Assembly (NCBI GenBank): GCA_965231145.1
Contig: OZ246420.1
Location: 780,001-812,000 of the forward strand
From: Candidatus Saccharimonadota bacterium
GTDB taxonomy: Bacteria > Patescibacteriota > Gracilibacteria > Absconditabacterales > Absconditicoccaceae
Direction of reading: 5' to 3'
DNA: 32,000 nucleotides
Shown in pieces: positions 20,125 to 28,216 of the stretch. The notes beneath the pieces were generated by a model that searched no databases, was not told the DNA's origin, and was given only the letters and a program-made list of their open reading frames with translations. Within the stretch, counting starts at the first letter, position 1, and each line of letters starts with the position of its first letter. Both the position numbers and the translations under genes were made by a program.

Positions 20125-20709
20125 ATGATCAAACCAAGCAAATTTCGCGGCAAATATCGCATTGCGTCAGCGAGATTACAATGATACGATTATACAGCCG
20201 ATGGCACATATTTCATCACCATATGTGTCAGATGAACCGACGTTTTTCGTCCCCATTATTTTGGCAAAATTGTTGATGGAACGATGATGTTAAACGAATT
20301 GGGCAAAATAGCAGAAGACGAATTATTGCAAACGGAAGCCAAAAGACCATATGTTTCCATTCCATCGTATATGATTATGCCCGATCATGTGCATTTTATT
20401 TTGAATATCACATCAATGAACCCGGTAGAGACGCACCGTGGTGCGTCTCCCCAATGCGATAATGATAAATATGAAACGTTTTTCATAAATGAGAAGTGCC
20501 GCGGCACTTCTCTACAAATGCGTCCGGGTTCATTGTGATCCATCATTAATCATTTTAAATGATCGGTTTCGCGTTATGCACGTAAACACAATATCCCTTT
20601 CAAACGACAGCCAAATTATTATGAACATATAATCATGGATGATAAAACCCTGTTTAGAATTATGGAATATATTGAAAATAATCCACGCAATCGAAAAAAC
20701 GATTTGTAA
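20125..20709 (+). CDS. IS200/IS605-type Y1 HUH transposase-like protein (REP-associated tyrosine transposase, RAYT-like)
   Basis: ATG 20125 to TAA 20707-20709 (194 aa) with four in-frame TGAs. It has YRIASARLQGYDYTADGTYFITICV, the HUH motif MPDHVHFIL and the C-terminal NYYEHII catalytic-Tyr region. Confidence 0.8.
20425..20449 (+). repeat. REP-like GTAG + 10-bp hairpin inside the RAYT-like ORF (R4)
   Basis: GTAGAGACGCACC gt GGTGCGTCTC, translated as VETHRGAS. Confidence 0.7.
20491..20515 (-). repeat. REP-like GTAG + 22-nt perfect palindrome inside the RAYT-like ORF, in inverted orientation (R5)
   Basis: The + strand reads GAGAAGTGCCG|CGGCACTTCTC TAC. The minus strand reads GTAGAGAAGTGCCGCGGCACTTCTC. 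It is translated as EKCRGTSLQ. Confidence 0.7.
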
Positions 20710-20739
20710 TATGATGCTATTAATTGGTAATTGATTTCA

Positions 20740-21999
20740 ATGCATAAAATAAAACATCTCCAAAATCACGCATTCCGATGGATTATCATTGCGCTTGTTA
20801 GCGTCATGTTTTGCGTACTGTTAGGCGGCTATCGGAGAAACGTCCAAGCGACAAATGAAAGACTCACTCAGCGAACATGACCCATGAAAGAGCTCACCAA
20901 TTCACTCCTCACCCACTCCGGCAGCAGCGACAATCTGCTGCGCAGCAGTATTGCTTCCTACGAAAGCATGATCTCATGACTTGATATGACTCCAGTGGTG
21001 AGTAATGGTCTACATCAGTACGTAAGTAATCTCTATACTGTCGCAGGAGCATTTGAAGCTGCAAAAGCTGCTCTTCCTCAGACTAATGACTGGGAATATT
21101 TGTTTAACAGAGGTACAATTTCTCTTCTCGAGACAGTAACCTACATGTCCTGAGATATAATAAAGCTTTACTCTGGAAGACAAACCATCGCGGACGCAGT
21201 CCGCTATCTCTCGGGCGCCGTACTCAGCACGAGCGATGAGAAAAATATGTACATGAGCAAACACAATGTCAGTGTCGCCCTTGCAGCACAGATAGGAGTA
21301 GAAGTAAAGATCTGTACTGAGAATTATCGTTTCTTTGCCGATACGCGATGAGATATAGAAGACATATTGAGTGCGCTCCAAGAAAGTTACCAAGACCAGC
21401 TTACTCTGCTAAGTACTGAACAAAGTAATCAATGTATACGTGAATATAGAGCTCAGCTTTCAGGCTATGTGGCAACACTACCAGAGAAAATAGCACTGAG
21501 CATGACCATGAACATATGAGCTACAGAGAAGAAAAACAAGTACATGCTAGAGCCACTCCAATGTCCCATGAATATCAATATGTATGATGAGATTGTGTCG
21601 CTTCGTAGCTATCACGATGAATTACAAGTAGCAGCGGAAAAAGACGCAGTCGTGAGAACAATGATTATCAGTGGAAATATGATCGATCTCGTAGCGCTTT
21701 GTGAAAGTAGTAGCAGCGGAGAAAACAATCAAAGTAGTGTTGGAGATCTACTCTCTGCACTTACGGGTAGCCAGGAATTGCTTGAAGAAGGCGAGAACAT
21801 CGATACTACAAGTATGACAGGTTCATATGAGTTGCTCCCTGAAGATACACAGGAACTCGTCAACGACATCTATCAGAAAAATATCCAGTACATACAAACG
21901 ATGCAACAGACGCAGCAGGATAATAACTATCGTCCATTAAAACGTTTGCAGGAGCTCTTCAAAGAGTTCTACTGAGATACTCAACAATTTCTCAAGTAA
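20740..21999 (+). CDS. hypothetical membrane-anchored protein with a Gln/acidic-rich C-terminus
   Basis: ATG 20740 to TAA 21997-21999 (419 aa). Frame 1 is joined across several TGAs to ORF 21544-21975. It has an N-terminal TM helix (FRWIIIALVSVMFCVLLGGY). ORF 21010-21393 (-) is a shadow ORF. Confidence 0.6.
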
Positions 22000-22018
22000 C
22001 TTAGTGACACTTAGCACA

Positions 22019-22056
22019 TAGCAACTAGCAGATAGCATGCTAATTGCTAACTGCTA
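22019..22056. repeat. hairpin with 7-nt periodic arms (locus H, spacer upstream of lgt)
   Basis: TAGCAAC TAGCAGA TAGCA | TGCTAAT TGCTAAC TGCTA is centred on GCATGC, with about 15/19 positions complementary. The heptad arrays extend over 22001-22085. TAG at 22002, 22012, 22019, 22026 and 22033 covers all three frames. Confidence 0.65.
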
Positions 22057-22101
22057 CAATCTATCTGCTCCTTACTAACTTTAGCATTTTAGAAATTTTG
22101 C

Positions 22102-22920
22102 ATGATCGCATTTACGCTAGGCCCTATCAAAGTCTACTGGTATGGTCTGTTCTATTTGTTCACATTTGTGTTAGGATATGCATTTCTCATGCGAGTGGGC
22201 AAAAAAAGGATATACGCCTCATTTGACCGCACACAACGTCTTCTGACAGAGTGAGTAGATGATATCGTACTTGCTACAGTTATCGGAATTCTTGTCTGAG
22301 GAAGACTAGGTGAAGTACTCCTGTACAATCGGTCGTACTATAGCCAACATCTCGGCGAGATCCTTTCTGTACGACAAGGCGGTATGTCTTTCATCGGAGG
22401 AATTATTGGAGTACTTATTGCCATCCTCGTCATCGACAGACTTTTCAAACTGAGCAGAAAAGAATTGTTTATTATTTTCGATCTCCTACTCGTCGTAGTT
22501 CCTGTAGGAATCATCCTTGGGCGCTTTGGAAACTTTCTTAACCAGGAACTCTACGGTATCCTTGCACCAACATGGCTTCCCACATGGCTTACGCACGTCT
22601 ATCCAAAAATTGATACTCTTCCAAGAGTAAATACAAATCTACTCGCACTCATGTTCGAATGAGGTTTAATATTCATCGTTTCAATCTCCTCTTTTCTGAA
22701 ACAATATATTACAAAAAAGATCACTCCGTGATCGATTACACTATCATTCATTTTCCTCTACTCCGTTATCAGATTTTTATTAGAGTATCTGAGGCAAGAC
22801 AGTCAGTCAGAGTTCCTCTGACCCTTCTCCACTACCCAGTGGTTTATGATCTTCTTTTGCCTCTTTGGCATTGCACTATGGAGATACGTAATACGCAAAA
22901 AGAAGCGTGCAATACGATAA
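22102..22920 (+). CDS. lgt: prolipoprotein diacylglyceryl transferase
   Basis: ATG 22102 to TAA 22918-22920 (272 aa) in frame 1 across TGAs. Motifs include YGLFYLFTFVLGY, VGGRLGEVL, RQGGMSFIGG and GRFGNFLNQELYG. Confidence 0.88.
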
Positions 22921-22993
22921 AATAGCTATTGTATTAGAGAAAAAAACGACTAATATTTCCTCAGTCTTTAATATTATTAAAAATCGATAAGAA

Positions 22994-23230
22994 ATGACCT
23001 ATAATTCCGGAATGTATGAACAATTTAATCCCTACAGCACGAATACTACTCCTTCATATGTTAGAACAGGATTGTCTCAGGATCCTTATATTTTGCTTTT
23101 AGACATTAGTGATCCCATCTCTTCACCAGACAACCAAACTTGAGGAGTTATAATCACAACTTCAGCTGCCATTGCAACTAATCTCTCAGATGAAGCGAAA
23201 ATGGTGAATGACTTGATAAATGCTGCTTAG
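22994..23230 (+). CDS. small hypothetical protein
   Basis: ATG 22994 to TAG 23228-23230 (78 aa) with one TGA. It is not in the standard-code track. Its 3' end overlaps the sufC stop by 4 nt (convergent). The only support is an open frame. Confidence 0.3.
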
Positions 23231-23973
23231 TTCCCAAATCCGTTTTCCTTAATCATATGTGCAATTGATAAGTCACCCTCCTGGGTGATTTTTCAATTTT
23301 CAAGGACATAGACGTGGTCCACTGGGATATAATCAAGTACTGAAAAATAATGAGTAATGATGATGAAAGTATTATCTTTATTGTTTATTTCTTGCATCAG
23401 AGATGCGACGCTGCGAAAAGCATCCACATCAAGTCCGCTATCCACTTCATCAAGAAAAATATACTTTGGCTGCAGAAGGCGTAACTGAAGGATCTCGATC
23501 TTTCTTCTTTCTCCCCCACTAAAGCCGACATTGAGGTCACGCCGGAGAAATTCACGATCAATCTTTAATTCACCAATAAGCGGTTCTACTATCTTCTTAA
23601 ATGCGAGAAAAGTAACTTGCTCCCCCACTTTTGACGAGTAAATAGTACGCAAAAACTCAAAAAGCTTTACTCCTTTTACCTCCGGGATAGTCTGAAACGC
23701 AAGGAAAATTCATAGCTTTGCTCTCTCGTGGGGACCCATACTTAATAGGTTATACTTCTCCTCGCTTCCTCATTTCCTCGTTTCCTCAATATGAATAGAT
23801 CAATTCGTAATTAAATATTTCGGATGTCCCATCACCGTCAGCGCAAGTGACGACTTTCCTGAGCCATTTTTCCCCAGTAAGCAGTAATTTTTACCAAGTT
23901 CAAAACTCATACTAATCCCTTTGAGTATCTCTTTTTCCTCTACCGTCACGTGGAGGTTTTCTATATGTAGCAT
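23227..23973 (-). CDS. sufC: Fe-S cluster assembly ATPase SufC
   Basis: ATG 23973 to TAA 23227-23229 (248 aa). Motifs include LHIENLHV, Walker A GKNGSGKSSL, ERAKLGIFLAFQ (Gly is TGA), FSGGERRK and Walker B IFLDEVDSGLD. Confidence 0.88.
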
Positions 23974-24077
23974 ATTATTTTCTCACGACTAAAACTGTAG
24001 AAATAATAGGTAAAAAGTCGCTAAAAACAAGTGCTACGACTTCTTGATTATCTTATTTTTTTCATTACAGTTTGCGG

Positions 24078-24419
24078 ATGCTAAAAACTACAGTTATGAA
24101 ACAAAAGATACTATTATTTTGCAAAAACATGTTATTGTTCTTATGGCCTCAAAGCACTATAATGACGGGAACGATATCCAACCATCCTACAGATGGCATG
24201 ATAAGTAACAGCTCTCAGGAGCCAGAGCTCATCATCCTTGATAGCGTTGGATATAAAATTATTGATGTTGAATTCGCAGATGAGCAACAACATCGCATAC
24301 TAGAAGTAGGTTTCTCACTCAGAGCAACATGGTATAAGCTTAGGAAGGGCGCCCAAGTTACAGTAAAAAAGATCAACAGAGGATTTACTGTTGAATATTA
24401 CTTTGATAGCCTTGCCTAA
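24078..24419 (+). CDS. hypothetical small protein (possible signal/anchor)
   Basis: The ORF ends at TAA 24417-24419. The first ATG is at 24078 and an alternative is at 24096 (MKQKILLF..). No family recognised. Confidence 0.45.
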   Translation: MLKTTVMKQKILLFCKNMLLFLWPQSTIMTGTISNHPTDGMISNSSQEPELIILDSVGYKIIDVEFADEQQHRILEVGFSLRATWYKLRKGAQVTVKKINRGFTVEYYFDSLA

Positions 24420-24451
24420 TAATGGATGAAGATTGTATTCAATAATCTAGC

Positions 24452-24480
24452 AATGCGCCTCTATATTGGCGCATTTTTTT
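24452..24480 (+). terminator. rho-independent terminator
   Basis: AATGCGCC tctatatt GGCGCATT ttttt. It abuts the stop codon of the convergent OLD-like gene. Confidence 0.75.
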
Positions 24481-26407
24481 ATGAAAATATATGCCCAAAA
24501 ATAGTTTCTATTTCTTCTCTCTTTGAAGCGAACTTCGGATCATGGATCCACGCTGAGAAGGTACGATGATAGAACTCTATAGTTTCTTCCATCCCTTTTT
24601 CTTCAAGTCACATATATGTTTCGATGTCTCCTTGCTTCAAAAGAAATATATCTTCTTCATAGAGATCATCGATAAAGGTAATAATATCCTCCCATTGCCC
24701 AGGATTTTTTGCTTGAATGAGCTGAATAAGCGTCGGATATCTTTTTGTCTTGGGAATTCATTCTATGCTCTTCCTATAGACACTCATATCTATCTTCACA
24801 CCAGTATCTTGGATATTATCCCAGTCTCAAATAAAGTAACTTTGTAAACCAAATTTATCAAGAAATTTTTTTCGTCTTTTAAATGATCCCTTACCATTGA
24901 TATTCACTATTTCGTAATTCGTAATCTTTTTTGCCCGTTCCGGAAAGTGTTCGATAAGATATGAAAGATAATAACCAAAAAAGAGTTCGTCGATCTCGCC
25001 TTCCACCATGATGATTTTATTCACAAAGAAGATCTTTGCTGTATTGGTGAAACGAAGTATCTGAACAAGGTTTGCTTCCTGTTCATGATATCCATGAAGC
25101 GGTGCAACCACATGAGTTTGATGATTCTTCTGAAAAAATCTATGCACGTACTGTATATTATTCTCATTGATCAGAAGAGATGAGTGAGTTGCAACAACAC
25201 ATTGAAGCTGAAGTTCCTTTCCTACTGTTTCTAAAAGCGATAAGAGTTTCTTCTGAAGCTGTGGATGAAGATGGAGTTCTGGTTCATCAACGACGATAAG
25301 TCCATTTTGCAAATCAAATCCATACATAGCAGTCACTAGAAAGATAATTGCTTTATCTCCTGATGACACATCGTCAAACTCATAACGATGTCCAGCATCG
25401 TCTTCAAGAAAGAATGTATATCTCGTCGTATCGTGTTCTTTTCTATAGAGTTTAAAGTAAAATCCTATATAACTATGAAGAATTTTATTGATAGAAACAT
25501 ATTCAGGAACATTTTGTAGTACCATGTTACATGGTTTATCTGCATCCGGACAAAGCGTATGATATGCTTTTGCAAGTTTTTTCTTCAGCATTTCAAAACC
25601 CAATGGCATATTTGCATGAGAGAAAAAGTCTTTATCTTCTTCAACCGTCTGAAGCACATCACTTCCATGGCGGAAATGTAAATCATAATGACTATCAAGA
25701 TGTCCTAGATGTCTGAAACATCCTATAATAGCAAATGTATTATTGAGATGGCGGACCCTTTCTGATGGATCTTTGATGATGAATGTATTAAAAATTGTAA
25801 TAAGATGCTGAATCGCTTCAAAGTGTTTCATATATGCAAAGAAAAGCTGTCCAATAGGATCTTCATCAAGACATCTCGTTGAAACCACGCCTGTCTTCGT
25901 ATGAATGTCACAGTGTAAATGAAGACTATCACGTTTCATGATCTCATCCACCGAAAGTGATCCATCGAAACGAACAAGTAACTGTGAATATGTTCAGAGC
26001 ATCTCATTAATCTCCTGTGCATGTTTTACGATAAACACAGCATTTTCGCGATCGAGCGAAGAAAGATAGAGTCCAATATGGATACTACTTGGTTTATCAG
26101 CAGTATCATTGTGAGGATTGAGTGCGATAACGGGATGAGGAAGAGCAACAATAGATTTATCATAACTCGCAGTCTCTTGATTTGCTATATACTGATCATG
26201 AAGAGCATAACGATCAAGCATCCCCACGCGAAACATATAATTAACAATGGTGAGAAAATTACTCTTACCAGAGCCATTTGGGCCAATAAGGATATTTGTG
26301 TGTGCATCTATTACTTCGATAGGAAATATAATTCATGTGTTTTTCCCCAGATCCTTCACATAAGGGAAACTTAAAAGATTTGAGATTTTTATCGTATGTA
26401 TCTTCAT
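24479..26407 (-). CDS. ABC-type ATPase fused to a TOPRIM nuclease domain (OLD-family / PARIS AriA-AriB-like), candidate anti-phage defence protein
   Basis: ATG 26407 is preceded by GGAGAG 5 nt upstream, and the frame runs to TAA 24479-24481 (642 aa). It fuses four standard-code fragments across TGA 26333, 25994, 24827, 24758 and 24608. Motifs are Walker A GPNGSGKSN, Walker B LIVVDEPELHLHP, H-loop VATHSS, TOPRIM Glu IIMVEGEIDELFF and DxD FIGDWDN. Confidence 0.75.
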
Positions 26408-26443
26408 ATCACTCTCCTCTAGAGGATAAAAAATATTTCGCTC

Positions 26444-26471
26444 ATCATACCGAAACCATATCGAAATGCAA
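26444..26471 (-). promoter_or_regulatory. putative promoter of the OLD-like gene
   Basis: On the minus strand: TTGCAT (26471-26466), 16 nt, TATGAT (26449-26444). It lies downstream of the histone-like gene terminator. Confidence 0.4.
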
Positions 26472-26484
26472 AATACATCTATAC

Positions 26485-26523
26485 AAAAAATGAGCAACAA
26501 TCCGAAGATCATCACTCATTTTT
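26485..26523 (-). terminator. strand-specific rho-independent terminator of the histone-like gene
   Basis: The minus RNA reads AAUGAGUGAUGAUC uucg GAUUGUUGCUCAUU uuuuug. It forms a 14-bp stem in which four pairs are G.U, and on the + strand those positions are C-A mismatches. Confidence 0.7.
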
Positions 26524-26540
26524 ATGTGTACTAAGAAAAA

Positions 26541-26678
26541 TTATTTCTTCTTAGCAACTTTCTTTGCAGCTTTCTTAGCAGCTTTTTTAGGAGCAGCCTT
26601 CTTAGCAGCTTTCTTTACAGCTTTCTTAGCAGCTTTTTTAGGAGCAGCCTTCTTAGCAGCTTTTTTCTTTGCAACCAT
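26541..26678 (-). CDS. histone H1-like lysine/alanine-rich DNA-binding protein
   Basis: MVAKKKAAKKAAPKKAAKKAVKKAAKKAAPKKAAKKAAKKVAKKK (45 aa), starting at ATG 26678. The longer 78-aa ORF start was rejected. Confidence 0.7.
   Translation of the reverse strand: MVAKKKAAKKAAPKKAAKKAVKKAAKKAAPKKAAKKAAKKVAKKK
26567..26668. repeat. 51-nt direct tandem duplication inside the histone-like gene
   Basis: Copies at 26567-26617 and 26618-26668 are identical over their first 46 nt. One unit encodes 17 aa. Confidence 0.8.
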
Positions 26679-26786
26679 CGGTTGAAACGAAATTAAGATA
26701 TAAATATTCAGTGCGTTGATGAATATTTCATCATCAGATATGATAGATAGAAATAATCTCAAAAATTGCAAGAGCAATTTTATTTT

Positions 26787-27524
26787 TTAGAAAATATTTT
26801 TCATCATTCGTCATGAAATTATTGCCGCAGTTTCTGTTCTTAAAATATTTTCTCACAAAGAAATTTTTTCTACACCCATCTCATCAAACATTTTTTCTTC
26901 GTCCGCATGTCGTCAGCCCTCAGGTCATACCAGCATAATCACACCATTTCCATTTTGAATTTTGAATTCTAAATGTTGAATTATTTCTCAGTGTTGGTGT
27001 GCGATGAAGATTTTTTTTCATTCACACATAGAAAGAATATTTTTTGAAAATGTCATGTCAATTTTATTTCGTCATCGTGATTGTTCAACTGCTTCGAGTG
27101 AAATTTTTTTTAAACGTTCCATTTTCGTTTCAGAAATTTCTTTCACGACAGAATGTTTTGCAGGAAAAAATATCAGATGATCTATTCCAATCTCTGTACA
27201 CTTCTGCACGATAAGTTCAAGCTTCTCAAATTTATTGGGCATAGCCACTGCTAGGTATATAGCGCTATTTTCTATCTCTCTTTCTTCACTTGTCAAAACA
27301 GCAGCCGTAATAGAATGTTTTGTTATTTCCAAAATAGCACAGATCACTCTTATAGGATGAGATGGTGTTGAGTTTTCAGCTTTGAGTTTTGAGTTGGGTC
27401 GCTGAAAAGCGACCTGATCTCCTTTTTTTGCACGAAGCACTTTTGAAAGTTGCGAAACAACTCTCTCTTCATGGATAATGATTGTATTTCCTTCCTGAGT
27501 ATATGGTGTAACAAAAAGCTGCAT
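26787..27524 (-). CDS. rsmE: 16S rRNA (uracil1498-N3)-methyltransferase RsmE
   Basis: ORF 27072-27524 continues through TGA 27072 and further TGAs to TAA 26787-26789 (245 aa). C-terminal motifs are IMLVGPEGGRHADEE and SLGENILRTETAAII. Confidence 0.85.
26951..26984. repeat. single heptad-repeat arm embedded in the rsmE coding sequence (F)
   Basis: CATTTTG AATTTTG AATTCTA AATGTTG AATT. Its reverse complement matches the right arm of locus E (4228-4250) at about 20/23 positions. It encodes ..EIIQHLEFKIQNG.. Confidence 0.55.
27371..27393. repeat. single heptad-repeat arm embedded in the rsmE coding sequence (G)
   Basis: AGTTTTCAGCTTTGAGTTTTGAG is identical at 21/23 positions to the right arm of locus A (2943-2965, AGTTTTCAGATTTGAGTTTTAAG). 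It encodes ..NSKLKAENS.. Confidence 0.65.
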
Positions 27525-27550
27525 GAGTGTTAAATAGATATAAATACTTA

Positions 27551-28096
27551 TTACACTACCTGATCATAGATATCTGGATGCGTATTTTTCAATTTGTGTA
27601 AACGTTGCTGCCATCATTTCTTCACTTTCATCCGAGCTTTCGCTTTCTCGATAAGATCGCTCTTTTGCAGTTTTTTGATAAATGCTGGTTGCTCTTCATA
27701 GGTATATAGTTTGAGCTTTCCTAGGCTCTCATATCTCTTTAGCGCCTTATAGATATCTTTTATATAACGTTGTTTAACAATTGCTACTGGCTTTTCAGTT
27801 ACCAGTTCTTCACTTCGCGTCGTCATTCATTCCTTAAAAGAAGTAGCTGAAAGTGTATAGAGGTATCATGCTTGATTTTTATAGTAATGCTCAATGGCTC
27901 ATGGCCACCTTTCTACAACAATAAACTGTCACTTATATCTTTGTCGCAAAAAATCGAGATCACTTGCCTTTGGGATAAATGAAATAGCAACTTCCGGATG
28001 AAGGACCGCATAGACATATTTTTTACCATGCGTAGAAACCTTAGGAACCAGCTTCCTCAATTCTCCTGTAAGAGAACCATGGTACACATATTTCAT
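27551..28096 (-). CDS. hypothetical protein (181 aa)
   Basis: ATG 28096 to TAA 27551-27553. It fuses ORF 27614-27826 with upstream and downstream parts across five TGAs. The N-terminus is MKYVYHGSLTGELRKLVP...HGKKYVYAV. The C-terminal half is Lys-rich and helical. Confidence 0.6.
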
Positions 28097-28216
28097 GACC
28101 TTATAGCATTATCTCAAATAAAACACCTACACGCACATTATGGAAGAAGTGAAGGATAATACAGATCCATATGTTATTAGTCTTATAATAAATAGAGAGT
28201 GTATTTATAGATGAGT

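Noticed and set aside
21010-21393. 127-aa minus-strand ORF. The same question applies to 849-1160, 11377-11742, 29972-30496 and 30536-30832.
   Set aside because: These are shadow ORFs antisense to, or out of frame with, well-supported genes (the hypothetical 20740-21999, the ABC exporter, gatB, ung/tmk).
2907-22085. The heptad-periodic repeats as a CRISPR array or as simple microsatellites.
   Set aside because: The units are 7 nt with no spacers and are arranged as inverted arms at many separate loci. This is not a repeat-spacer array, and the units are not pure tandem copies.
26408-26515. N-terminal extension of the OLD-like protein with a hydrophobic segment (start at 26515).
   Set aside because: ABC-type ATPases of this family start about 25-30 residues before the Walker A motif (MKIHTIKISNL..). 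A GGAGAG Shine-Dalgarno sequence precedes ATG 26407. Promoter-like hexamers fall inside the putative extension.
26679-26777. The longer 78-aa version of the histone-like ORF.
   Set aside because: The upstream 33 residues are hydrophobic and unrelated. An internal ATG at 26678 starts exactly at the KAAKK repeat protein.
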